Assembly: GCA_963785725.1 (NCBI GenBank)
Contig: CAWAWS010000033.1
Location: forward strand, 256,001 to 320,000
Direction: 5' to 3'
Source: an uncultured delta proteobacterium
Lineage (GTDB): Bacteria > Myxococcota_A > Polyangia > Palsa-1104
DNA: 64,000 nt
Each line of letters begins with the position of its first letter. Position 1 is the first letter of the stretch. The notes beneath the pieces were generated by a model. The model was not told where the DNA came from, did no database searches, and was given only the letters and a program-made list of their open reading frames with translations. The position numbers were made by a program, and so were the translations under genes. Shown piece by piece: positions 10,095 through 19,701 of the stretch.

Positions 10095-10649
10095 ATGGGG
10101 CGGCGCCGCTTGACGCTGCCCGGACCGGCGGGCAGGCTACAGCGCGTGCGAGCCCAACGAAAAACACGCGCGACGAGCCCCGAGACGCTCGACCGCGCGC
10201 TGGAGCGGTTTCGGCTGGTCTTGCACGAGCGGACGCTGCGCTTCTCCAAGGTGCGCGAGGCCATCGCGCGCGCGGCGCTGACCTACGACGGCCACTTCAG
10301 CGTCGAAGATCTGCTGCACGTGCTGCAGGCGGGCGGCGTGCGCGACGCGCATTTGGCGACGATTTATCGCGCGGTGCCGCTGATGGTCGAAGCCGGGCTG
10401 ATTCAGCCGGCGCTGGTGTCGAAGAGCGACGGGCAGCGCTACGAGGCGTCGTTCGAGCGGGAGCATCACGACCACTTGGTGTGCACGCAGTGTGGGCGCA
10501 TCGTCGAGTATCAGTCGGAGGCGCTGGAGGCGCTGCAGCGCGAGATCGCCGCCCGCTACGGCTACGAGCTCGACGATCACGTGCACGAGCTGCGCGGGCG
10601 CTGTAAGGAGTGCCGGCGGGTCGCGCACGAGAGTGCCGGCCGCAACTGA
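10095..10649 (+). CDS. Fur-family transcriptional regulator
   Basis: HFSVEDL, LATIYRAV, HHDHLVCTQCGRIVE and GRCKEC. True start may be downstream. Confidence 0.9.
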   Translation: MGRRRLTLPGPAGRLQRVRAQRKTRATSPETLDRALERFRLVLHERTLRFSKVREAIARAALTYDGHFSVEDLLHVLQAGGVRDAHLATIYRAVPLMVEAGLIQPALVSKSDGQRYEASFEREHHDHLVCTQCGRIVEYQSEALEALQREIAARYGYELDDHVHELRGRCKECRRVAHESAGRN

Positions 10650-10903
10650 CGGCGCCGGCCGTCGCCGCCGCGACGGCGCGTGGCGGCAACGAAGGGCCGG
10701 CGGCGCCGGCGTCGTCAGCTCGTCACGGCGCGCCCGGAATGGAAGATCGTGCCGGCGCGGTCAGCGGTGCCGCGCGACGACCGCTTCATTTCGCGACTGA
10801 TTCGCGACTTCAGTGCGCCGCCTTGGCAAGACGAGGGCGCGACGTCGACTGCAGTGTCCGGCGGAGCCATGCGCCTTCCGAGCGCGAAACCGGCGTCGGC
10901 GGT

Positions 10904-11548
10904 TCACGTTCGGCGCTTCCGCGGCTTCGTCGCCGGCTTCTCGGTCGTCGCTTCGCGGCTGGCGAACAGCGACGCTGCCAGCATGTCGCTCAAGCTGCCG
11001 ATCATTTGCGCGCGCGTGATCGGCGGATCCTCCAGGCTCATGAAATGCGCGACGGTATAAAGCATCGAGTGAATGCTGACGAAGAGCGCCGCCGGAAGAT
11101 CGTCGATTCGATAGACGCGGTGATGACGCAGAATATAGCGGCGCGAGATCTCGGTGAGCCGCTGCTCCAGCGCCACGAAGGCCGCGTGGCTGCGTAAGCT
11201 CTGCCAATTGCGCGCCAGCTCGCGCTGCGTCGGATTGGCCTCGATGGCGTCGCAGGCGATCTCGAGCAGCGTTCGCGTCAGCTTGCGCGGATCGGCGTCG
11301 ATGAGATCGCCGACATGCAGATCGACCACGGCCAAGAGCCGCGCCGTATCGCGCCGCAGCAGCTCCTCGATGATCGCGTCTTTGTCGTCGAAGTATTGAT
11401 AGAGCGAGCCGATGCTGACGCCGGCGCGAGCGGCGACGTGGTTGGTCGTCGTCTCGGCCAGACCGCGCGTGGCGATCTCTTGCGCGGCCGCTTCGAGCAG
11501 CGCAGCCACCATGTCGCGCGAACGATGCTGACGCGGCTGCTTCTTCAC
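10904..11548 (-). CDS. TetR-family transcriptional regulator
   Basis: PRQHRSR...TTNHVAARAGVSIGSLYQYFDDKDAI. Confidence 0.92.
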   Translation of the reverse strand: MKKQPRQHRSRDMVAALLEAAAQEIATRGLAETTTNHVAARAGVSIGSLYQYFDDKDAIIEELLRRDTARLLAVVDLHVGDLIDADPRKLTRTLLEIACDAIEANPTQRELARNWQSLRSHAAFVALEQRLTEISRRYILRHHRVYRIDDLPAALFVSIHSMLYTVAHFMSLEDPPITRAQMIGSLSDMLAASLFASREATTEKPATKPRKRRT

Positions 11549-11578
11549 GGTCGCTCCTTCCCAATGACGATGACGCGT

Positions 11579-11619
11579 GCGAGCCGGACGCGAGTTGAAT
11601 GCGAGCCGATACTCGCATT
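11579..11619. promoter_or_regulatory. Putative TetR operator
   Basis: Inverted repeat AATGCGAG-N6-CTCGCATT (11598-11619) plus GCGAG copies at 11579 and 11590, in the divergent intergenic gap. Confidence 0.6.
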
Positions 11620-11630
11620 AGTTTTCCCGC

Positions 11631-12870
11631 ATGAGCAATCGCAATCGGCTCGTGCACGGCGAGGGTATTCCAGCGACGCCGCCGACCGCGCTGACGCGAC
11701 GGTTGCGTCGGCGCATCGCCGATCGCGACCACGCCGAGCCGAGCGCGAGCCAATGGCGGGCCATGGGCGAGTCGTTCTTCGCCGGCGATCCGCTGATGGA
11801 CCGCGTCGTCGATTGGATGGCCGCGCATGGCGTTCACGCGACGAAGCCGCTGTTCGATGCCGCCGTCGAGCGCGGCATCGCCGGCGTGCCCGACGCGCCC
11901 GACGCGTTGCGCGCGCTCTTCGCCCACGTCGAGCGGCGACCGCCGTGGGTCGATCCGGCGCGGCTCGAGGCGGGCGCGCGCTGCTACCGGCATCGCGGGA
12001 ACGGTCGGGCTCGACGTGCTGCGCGACGGCGGCTTACTGCCGGGCTACTTGGCCTCGGCGGTGAATCAAACGCTCGTGCTCACCAAGGCGTTGGAAAAGG
12101 GCGCGCAGAAGCGCGTCGCCGAGACGACCAAATGGTGGGTCGATTGCACGCGTCCGGGTGGCATGGAGCGCTTCGCCGCCGGCTTCAAGACGACGCTGCA
12201 GGTGCGCCTGATTCACGCCTTCGTGCGCCGGCATGTCGGACGACTCCCCGAATGGCAAGAGGCGACCTATGGCGTCCCCGTCAATCAAGGCGATATGAAT
12301 GCGACCAATCTAGTCTTCTCGGCGCAGTTCTTATTGGGACAGCGGGCATTGGGCGTCATCCTGACGAAGTCCGAAGGCGCCGAGGTCATGCATCTGTGGC
12401 GCTATATCGGTTGGCTCATGGGGATCGACGAGCAGTGGCTATGCGAGTCCGAAGACGCGGCCCGCATCGCGCTCTATCAAAACCTATTGACGCAGCCGCC
12501 GCCCGACGAATCGAGCCGTCAGCTCGGCGCCGCCCTGGCCGACGAGCCGCTGCAGCGCCACTATGCTCGCTTTCCTAAGCTGCAAGGACATTGGAATCGC
12601 GCCCGCCACCTCAGCATCGCGCGGCTCTTCTTGGCCGCGAACGAGATGCGCGCGCTCGGCTTGTCGCGCTGGATCTTGCCTTGGTATCCGCTGCTCACGA
12701 TAGTGCCGCGGCTCGTTTGGCACGGGCTGCATCGGCTCATTCCCGGCGGAAGAGAGCGACTGATACGCAGAGGACTGGCGCAGCAGCGCGCTTATCTCGA
12801 CGTGCTCTTCGGCAAAGACGCGCAGCGAGTCAAAGCGGTACACGAAATGAAACAGCTGCCTGCCGGATAA
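11631..12870 (+). CDS. Oxygenase MpaB/DUF2236 (Lcp-related) family protein; one frameshift
   Basis: GDPLMD...PPWVD in one frame, continuing RVAET...VRLIHAFVR...GVPVNQGDM...HLWRYIGWLMGI after a +1 shift near 11983. Confidence 0.8.
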
Positions 12871-12921
12871 CGGAAGATCGCGCGTCGTGTGATCGGCGTC
12901 GAAGCGGTCTGGCGGCGCTCT

Positions 12922-14346
12922 ATGTTACAAAGTCGCGTGAAGCTCGGCGCCGCTGCCTGGATTTCGCTGTTGACGACGGTTTTCGCGACCGCCTGCGCGC
13001 CAAAGGAGCTGCCGGTATCGACGGTGGTGACCGCCAGCGACGCGCATTTTCACCGCGTGCTCGACTACCTCCAACAGGACATGATCGCGCACGACGTCAA
13101 TGGCGCGGCCATCGCCGTCGTCGACTCCGGCCGCATCGCGACCGCGGGCGTCGGCTACGTCGACACGCTGGGCTCGGCCACGGTGCAGCCGACGACGCTG
13201 TTTCGCGTCGCGTCGCTGAGCAAGATGGTGCTCGCGGCCACGACGCTGAGCCTCGACGCGCTCGATCCGAGCCAGCCCATCACGTCGTATGTGCCGCTGA
13301 CGCTCGCCGCGCCCTTCGATCCGTCGAGCGTCACGCTGCAGACGCTGTTGTCGCATACGTCGGGGCTTCCCGACGTCGAGCCCGCCGTCGCGTGTCCCGT
13401 CGGCGCAGGCCAGCTGGCGGCGTGGTTCACGGCCCACGGCAGCGAGCCGTTATGGAGCCCGCCCGGCCAGATTTGGAACTACTCGAATCGCGGCTATGGC
13501 GTCATCGGCTGGGCGATCGAAGCGGTCACCGGCCAGGCGTTCGAGGACGTCGTCGCCGCCAAAGTCTTCGTTCCGGTCGGCATGACGAGCGCGACTTATG
13601 ACGTCGCCGCCGCCATGAATCGCGATCACGCCGTCGGCCACGCCGGCACGCGCGCGTTCGATCTCGACGCCTTCGACTGCGAGGCGACGCGTCCGGAAGC
13701 GGGCGTCATCGCCTCGGTCGTCGACTATGCCCAGCTGGCGCTGGCGCTGTTCGGCAACGCCGGCGGTCCGCTGCCGCCGACGCTGGTGAACGCGATGGAG
13801 CAGCCGCTGGCGGACACCGACACCTTGGCCAACCACGCGCAGAGCTACGGCGACGGGGTCATGGTCTTCCGCGGCATCGAGGCGACGCTGATCCACCACA
13901 ATGGCCATCTACCCGGCTATGGCAGCCAGCTGTGGGCCTTTCCCGCGCAGCAGCTGGCGATCGTCGTCTTCTACAACGACGATGGACGCGATCCAGGATC
14001 AGTCGCCGAATTCGCCGCGCACGAGTACCTCGGGCAGGAGATCACGGCGGGAGCGCCGCTCGACGTCGCCACGTCGCCGCTGGCCACCTACGCCGGGAGC
14101 TACGTCGATCCGTTCATGCTCGGGCAGGTGAGCGTCCAGGTCGTCGACGGTGCGCTCCACGCCAGCAACGCGCAGTCGCCGGCGGGGCTGTCGTTCGACG
14201 CGAACGTGCCGCTACAGCCGATCGGTGGCGACGCCTTCAACGGCGCGTTGACCGACGGCGACTCGATCACGGTGACGTTCTTCCCCGGATCGAATGGACA
14301 GTCCCAATGGTTCGCGACCCGCAGCGGCGTCGGCGTTCGCCAATGA
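12922..14346 (+). CDS. Serine hydrolase, beta-lactamase class C/AmpC-like family, probable lipoprotein
   Basis: FRVASLSK (SxxK), LLSHTSGL, WNYSNRGY, HNGH; signal ends FATAC. Confidence 0.85.
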   Translation: MLQSRVKLGAAAWISLLTTVFATACAPKELPVSTVVTASDAHFHRVLDYLQQDMIAHDVNGAAIAVVDSGRIATAGVGYVDTLGSATVQPTTLFRVASLSKMVLAATTLSLDALDPSQPITSYVPLTLAAPFDPSSVTLQTLLSHTSGLPDVEPAVACPVGAGQLAAWFTAHGSEPLWSPPGQIWNYSNRGYGVIGWAIEAVTGQAFEDVVAAKVFVPVGMTSATYDVAAAMNRDHAVGHAGTRAFDLDAFDCEATRPEAGVIASVVDYAQLALALFGNAGGPLPPTLVNAMEQPLADTDTLANHAQSYGDGVMVFRGIEATLIHHNGHLPGYGSQLWAFPAQQLAIVVFYNDDGRDPGSVAEFAAHEYLGQEITAGAPLDVATSPLATYAGSYVDPFMLGQVSVQVVDGALHASNAQSPAGLSFDANVPLQPIGGDAFNGALTDGDSITVTFFPGSNGQSQWFATRSGVGVRQ

Positions 14347-14484
14347 TGTGCCGCGTGCCGCTTCATTATCGCGGTTCTCGCAAGAGTGAAGTGCGATTTA
14401 GCCCGATTGTTTCATCATCCGCGAGGCTCTAGCTTCGGCGCATCGGCACGCTGTCCCGCCGAGAGCCTGAACGAGGAGCCGCCC

Positions 14485-15033
14485 ATGTCACGTCTCGCCA
14501 CGCCCGCTTCGATCGATGCCGCCCCCGCCGCCGCCCACGCTTCGTTGCGAGCCGTCGAAAAGCAGCTCGGCGTCGCGCCCAATCTCTTTCGCGTCGTCGC
14601 CAACAGCCCGGCGGCGCTGCAAGGCTACCTCGGGCTCAACGCCGCGCTCGGCCACGGCGAGCTCGACGCGCCGACGCGCGAGCGAATCGCGCTGACCGTC
14701 GCCGAGATCAACGGCTGCGACTATTGCCTCTCGGCGCACACCTATCTCGGCAGGCACGTCGCCAAGCTCAGCGACGCCGAGCTCGAGCGCAATCGCGACG
14801 CGACGTCGGAGGACGGCAAGGCGCTGGCGGCGCTGCGCTTCGCGGCCGCCGTGACGCGGCAGCGCGGGCACGTCAGCGACGCCGAGCTGCAGGCGGTCAA
14901 GAGCGCCGGCTACAGCGACGGGCAGATCGTCGAGATCGTGCTGCACGTCGCGCTCAATACGCTGACGAACTACGTGAACGAAGTGGCGCAGACGGCGATC
15001 GACTTCCCGCGCGTCACGCAGCGCGCCCGCTGA
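14485..15033 (+). CDS. Carboxymuconolactone decarboxylase/AhpD-like peroxidase-related protein
   Basis: RERIALTVAEINGCDYCLSAH; GAGGAG RBS. Confidence 0.9.
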   Translation: MSRLATPASIDAAPAAAHASLRAVEKQLGVAPNLFRVVANSPAALQGYLGLNAALGHGELDAPTRERIALTVAEINGCDYCLSAHTYLGRHVAKLSDAELERNRDATSEDGKALAALRFAAAVTRQRGHVSDAELQAVKSAGYSDGQIVEIVLHVALNTLTNYVNEVAQTAIDFPRVTQRAR

Positions 15034-15110
15034 AGCTCGCGGCCGCGCGCGCTGGCGCGCCAATCGAGAGGAACGCCGCCAAGCCTCGCTAATGAGGTCG
15101 GCCGTCCGCG

Positions 15111-16151
15111 TTAGGCCCGGTTGACCGGCGCATAAGGCGTCCCGAAATAGGGAAAGTCGCGACGGGTGCGCGTCGGGTCGGGCGCCACGCCGTCGCCGAG
15201 CGCTCGATTCGCGGCCAAGGTGAGCATCACATCCATGGCGTCGGCGGTCAGTGGACGGCCATTGAAGCGCTCGACCGTAAATGCAGCGGTCGAGCCGAGC
15301 TCGTAAGGCAACAGCGCCGGGCATAGGCGCGCGACGAGCGATTGCGCATGCGCCGCAGCATCCGCCGTCCCGGCATAACCGGCCATTTGCCGTACGAATT
15401 CAGCGAGCGGCCCACGAAATGCCTCGACGTCGGCAGCGGGTATCGACGTATTGAACGCCTCGCGGGCAGCCGGCTGACTCGGATCATTTAGGAATAGATG
15501 CGTCAGTAGCGGAATGCCCCAGCGCGAGACCTGCGTTTCGGGCGCGTGACCCGCTAACGAAATGGTGGCCCACGCGCGGACCGTGCCCGCGCCGATGAGC
15601 TCATTGGGCGCTTCGACGACAATCGCCGTGACATTGTGATTGGCAAAAAAGTTCTGCCGATGATTGAACGCCTCGGCATTGAAGCGCCGCTCTTGGTAGA
15701 ACGCCGCCAGGAAGGCGTGCAGCGCGGCGGCGTCGCCGGCAAAGAGATCGGGCGCCGAGCCGGCGAACACGCGCACGCGCGACCGCTGCGTCGTCGTGGC
15801 GGTCGCGCCTTCGAGCAGCAGCTCACCGCCGAGGCCGCTGCGGGCGTCGTCGCCGGTCGCGCGGCGCAAGGTCAGCGGCTGGACATGTCGATGCGCGTCG
15901 CCGGGCGCGTGCGCGACCGCGCCGAAGCGCAGCTTGAAGGTCACCTCCTCGCGCGCGTCGCCGTTCAGATCGAAGCGAAACGCGTACAGCCCTTCCGGAT
16001 GCAGCGTCCCCGGCCCCGCCAACGTGGCATCGGGATTGACCGTCATCGCCATCACCGTCGTGCCGGGATCCGCGCCCTCGAACAGGTAAACATCGCAGAT
16101 ATTGAGACTCGGATCTTCTTTGGCGAGCTTGGTATCGAAGTGATGCGACAT
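15111..16151 (-). CDS. DUF4331-family protein
   Basis: MSHHFD...NICDVYLF...YAFRFD...NGRPLTAD...FPYFG. Confidence 0.75.
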   Translation of the reverse strand: MSHHFDTKLAKEDPSLNICDVYLFEGADPGTTVMAMTVNPDATLAGPGTLHPEGLYAFRFDLNGDAREEVTFKLRFGAVAHAPGDAHRHVQPLTLRRATGDDARSGLGGELLLEGATATTTQRSRVRVFAGSAPDLFAGDAAALHAFLAAFYQERRFNAEAFNHRQNFFANHNVTAIVVEAPNELIGAGTVRAWATISLAGHAPETQVSRWGIPLLTHLFLNDPSQPAAREAFNTSIPAADVEAFRGPLAEFVRQMAGYAGTADAAAHAQSLVARLCPALLPYELGSTAAFTVERFNGRPLTADAMDVMLTLAANRALGDGVAPDPTRTRRDFPYFGTPYAPVNRA

Positions 16152-16255
16152 CGGCGGCCTCCTTTGGATGATTCAACCGAGCGACGATCAACGAGCATTT
16201 CTGAACCCGCGAACAGTGGCGATTGGGCCCAACTCGCGCCCTTTCCCGAACAGCC

Positions 16256-16399
16256 TCAGGCGCCCGGCAATTCGCCGTGCACCGAGAGCCCCGGCGTTCC
16301 CGAGGTCACGAGCCAGCGCTGCCCGGCGCCCACTTCGACGGCGTCGCCGTACTTGCCGATCTGACGCGCCACTGCGATATCGATCGTCGTGTGACTCAT
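16256..16399 (-). pseudogene. Truncated RidA/YjgF-family gene (N-terminal 47 aa)
   Basis: MSHTTIDIAVARQIGKYGDAVEVGAGQRWLVTSGTPGLSVHGELPGA-stop, with an AAGGGG RBS. Confidence 0.55.
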
Positions 16400-16486
16400 G
16401 GTCGCCCCTTTTCGCCGTCGTACGGTCCCTGCTCGGACGGTGATTGTACTGAAGCTCCAACGGAATTGGACGCGCGGATGGCCGGC

Positions 16487-18247
16487 TCACACGACGAGGT
16501 CGCGGCAGTCGCAGCGATGGTCGAGCTGCGCGGCGCGCGCGTCGAGCTGCGCCGCCACCGCCGCCCGCGCCGCGTCGGCGTCGGCGTCGGCGTCGAGCGC
16601 GCCGCCGGCGAGCGCGCGCCGCGCCGCCTCGACGCGCGCCACCACCAGCCGCTGCGTCGTCGTCGCGACCCGCAGCGCCTCCTCCTCGGGCGCGTACTGC
16701 GGCGTGCCCGGCAGCGGCGCTTTTTCGCCGCGCAGCTGCACCAGCGTGACCAGATGCCGATGAATGCGCCAGCGATGCGCCTCGTTGGCCGCCAACACGA
16801 GGCGCGGATCGCGCTCGCGATAGAGCGCGGCCGTGTCCACCATCATGAGCGCGCCCCGCCGCAGCATGCCGAAGCGCGGATCGACGGGCCAGATGACGTA
16901 ATCGACGAGCCCCACCGTGAGCACGCTGATCGAGATCGACAGCGTCAAGATCGCCGGCATCTCGAGGTCGATGTCGGGCCGGAAGCTCTGGAACAGCTTG
17001 ACGGCGATGACGAGCGTTCCGAAGAAGCCGGCGTTGCGCACGCGCGGGCCGCCGACGGTGAGCCAGCTGGTCGGCGCGAAGGCCAGCGCCGCCATGATGA
17101 GGAAGCTGCCCGGATCTTCGAGGTTCGGCATCAGCGGCACGACGACGAGCAGCACGACGACGAGCGCCAACACCGTGCCGCCGGCCGACAGCAGCGACTT
17201 CGAGATCGCCGTCCCGCTCGTCGCTTCCATGGAGACCGCGAGCACCGCGAAGGCGCCGGTCGACGGGCTGTAGCCGAGGAGCCGCAGGACGACGATGACG
17301 ATGAGCGCGCTCAGCGCCGTCTTCAGCGCGGCGCGACGAACCGGCCGCATCGTCTCGGCCATCGGATTGAGCCAGGCCGCGCGCGGCGGCGCCGGCGGCG
17401 GCTCGGGCGCGGCCGGCGCTTCGAAGCGGCGCATCGCCGCGCGCGCCTCGTCGAGCACCGGCGGCGGCGCGCCGCCGCCGTGGAGGCGCTCGTAGCGCAG
17501 CGTCTCGTCGACGGCGCTGGCGACCTCGAGGATGAGCGCGGCCAGCTCGACGCGGCGCCGAACCAACTCGGGATGGCGCACCTCGGCGTTCTGCTGCAGC
17601 TCGACGTGACGGCGCAGCCGCGCGGCGTCGAGCGGCACGCGCTGGCCGCGCTGCCGCGCCTCGACCTGCGCGATCTGCTGCGCCAGCGATGCCTTCAGCA
17701 CCACCAGCGGATCGTCGGGCCAGAACGTCAGCTGCGCCAGCGCGCCGATGCCGCCGCCGAGCGCGGCCTGCAGGACGCGATAGAACGCCAGCGTGATCAG
17801 CGCGCCGGGCACGAGGTGCAGGTCGCCGCCGGTGATGGCGGCGAAGGTGGCGCCGCCCGTCAGCGCCGTCGGACCCACCGGCGTGTCGCGCGCGATGTAG
17901 AGCGTGATGCCGAGGATGAGCGCCTGCAGCGCCGTATACAGCCACGGCTCGTCGAAGCCGACGATGATGAGCAGCACCGCCACCGCGCAGCCAATGACCG
18001 AGGCGCGGAAGCGCTCGACCGCGTTCTGCGCCGAGTTGCCCACCGTCGGCAGCGAGACGAGCACGACGTAGGCGACGGTCCAAAAAGGATCGCGCGGTTT
18101 GAACGTGACGACGATGAAGCAGGCCAAGAGCAGCGACGCCTCGACGCGTAAGAAGGCGCGCACACGCGGCGGATTGGGCCGGATCTCGGGCATGATGAAG
18201 GCGGCGATGCGCTCGTGCAGCGTCAGTGACGGCGCCGCCGCGTTCAT
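16487..18247 (-). CDS. FUSC-family (MdtO-like) inner-membrane efflux subunit
   Basis: Two hydrophobic repeats, each ending in WP (FWPDDP, IWPVDP). Coupled to the adaptor gene. Confidence 0.8.
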   Translation of the reverse strand: MNAAAPSLTLHERIAAFIMPEIRPNPPRVRAFLRVEASLLLACFIVVTFKPRDPFWTVAYVVLVSLPTVGNSAQNAVERFRASVIGCAVAVLLIIVGFDEPWLYTALQALILGITLYIARDTPVGPTALTGGATFAAITGGDLHLVPGALITLAFYRVLQAALGGGIGALAQLTFWPDDPLVVLKASLAQQIAQVEARQRGQRVPLDAARLRRHVELQQNAEVRHPELVRRRVELAALILEVASAVDETLRYERLHGGGAPPPVLDEARAAMRRFEAPAAPEPPPAPPRAAWLNPMAETMRPVRRAALKTALSALIVIVVLRLLGYSPSTGAFAVLAVSMEATSGTAISKSLLSAGGTVLALVVVLLVVVPLMPNLEDPGSFLIMAALAFAPTSWLTVGGPRVRNAGFFGTLVIAVKLFQSFRPDIDLEMPAILTLSISISVLTVGLVDYVIWPVDPRFGMLRRGALMMVDTAALYRERDPRLVLAANEAHRWRIHRHLVTLVQLRGEKAPLPGTPQYAPEEEALRVATTTQRLVVARVEAARRALAGGALDADADADAARAAVAAQLDARAAQLDHRCDCRDLVV

Positions 18248-19245
18248 CGGTCGCCGAGCACGGTCACCGAAGCCGTTTGGCCGACGCGCAACGGCAAGTC
18301 GGGCGGCGGATCGACGAGCCGGATGCGCACCGGAAAGCGCTGCGCCAGCCGTACCCAGTTGAGCGTCGGCTCGACCGGCGGCAACAGCCCCGTGCCCGGC
18401 CCGTCGACTTGCTGCACGGCCCAGCCGATGCCCTGCACCTCGCCGCGCAAGCGCCGTCCCGGATAGTCGAGCACGTAGACCTCGGCCGCCATTCCCGGGC
18501 GCACGTGGTGGAGAAAGGTCTCGCGGAAGTTTCCGATCACGTACCAGACGCGGCCGTCGACGAGCGCGAAGATCGGGCGGCCCTCGAGCGCGTAGTCGCC
18601 GACGGCGATGTTGAGGTTGGTGACGTAGCCGTCGAAGGGCGCGCTGACACGGCAGTAGTCGACGTCGAGGCGAGCGGCGTCGACGCGCGCCTCGGCCACC
18701 TGCAGCCGCGCGTTCAGGCTGCCATATTGCGTCAAGAGGTTGCGCGCGCGCTCCAGCTCTTGGTGCGAGCCCTCGAGCGCGGCGGACGCGGTGCGCTGGC
18801 GGCTGCGCGCCTCGGCCACTTTGTCCTCGGTGACGAAGTCACGCTTCAGGAGCGGCTCGAGCCGGCGCAAGTAGTCGTCGGCGTATTCGGACTCGGCGCT
18901 GCGCTGGCGGATGACCTGGCGCGCGGCGCCGATGGCGTTGCGCTGGGCCTCGATCTCGCTCTCGACCTGCTTCAGCTCGGCCTCGGCCTGGCGCAGCCGC
19001 GACGCGTAGGGCCGCACGTCGACGACGAACAGGAGGTCGCCGCGATGCACCGGCTGGTTGTCGACGACGTGGAGCTCGGTGAGCGGGCCCGAGACGTGCG
19101 GCGCGACGCCGATGACGTTGGCGCGCACCGTCGCGTCGTCGGTGAGCGGGCGGCGCCGGCTGACGACGACGGCGCTGCCGACGGCGACGAGGGTGGAGAC
19201 GACGATCGCGGCGGTGACGAGCCGGCCGGCCAGCACGCGCGTCAT
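18244..19245 (-). CDS. HlyD/MdtN-like periplasmic adaptor
   Basis: TDDATV...APHVSG...VSAPFDGYVTNL...LNWVRLAQRFPVRI. Confidence 0.9.
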   Translation of the reverse strand: MTRVLAGRLVTAAIVVSTLVAVGSAVVVSRRRPLTDDATVRANVIGVAPHVSGPLTELHVVDNQPVHRGDLLFVVDVRPYASRLRQAEAELKQVESEIEAQRNAIGAARQVIRQRSAESEYADDYLRRLEPLLKRDFVTEDKVAEARSRQRTASAALEGSHQELERARNLLTQYGSLNARLQVAEARVDAARLDVDYCRVSAPFDGYVTNLNIAVGDYALEGRPIFALVDGRVWYVIGNFRETFLHHVRPGMAAEVYVLDYPGRRLRGEVQGIGWAVQQVDGPGTGLLPPVEPTLNWVRLAQRFPVRIRLVDPPPDLPLRVGQTASVTVLGDR

Positions 19246-19246
19246 G

Positions 19247-19500
19247 TCAGCGCCGGTAGAACAGAACCCAGCAGGCGAACGCGATCGCCGTCGCCAGGCT
19301 CGGGTAGATGAGGATGAGAGGACCGAGGTGGCGCTCGATTCCGGTGCGCGCAAAGACGACGCGCAGCGCGGCCGACGCGACGACGGCGACGACGATGCAC
19401 AACATCCAAGCGGGGAAGAATGCGCCAGCGACGTCGATGAGCGGATCGCACGACGTGCACGCCAGCGACCCGGCCAACGCCAGCGTTCGCCACGCCGGCG
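19247..19500 (-). CDS. YtcA-family lipoprotein (start uncertain)
   Basis: SCDPLIDVAGAFFPAWMLC...IYPSLA...WVLFY, directly upstream of the MdtN-like gene. Confidence 0.7.
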
Positions 19501-19701
19501 CGCGCCGGCCCGCTAAGGCGGATGGCGGAGCCGTCTGCAGCGAACGACCGGCAGCCGCGCGCCGATGCCGCGGAGAAACGAGCGCCGACGTGCGCCGCGC
19601 GCGCCGCGGATCGGGGCCGATTGCGGCGATCTCAGCGATGGACCTACGACGCCGACTCCACATGTTGTCAGCTCCCGAATGAGCCCTACACCCTTGTACG
19701 C

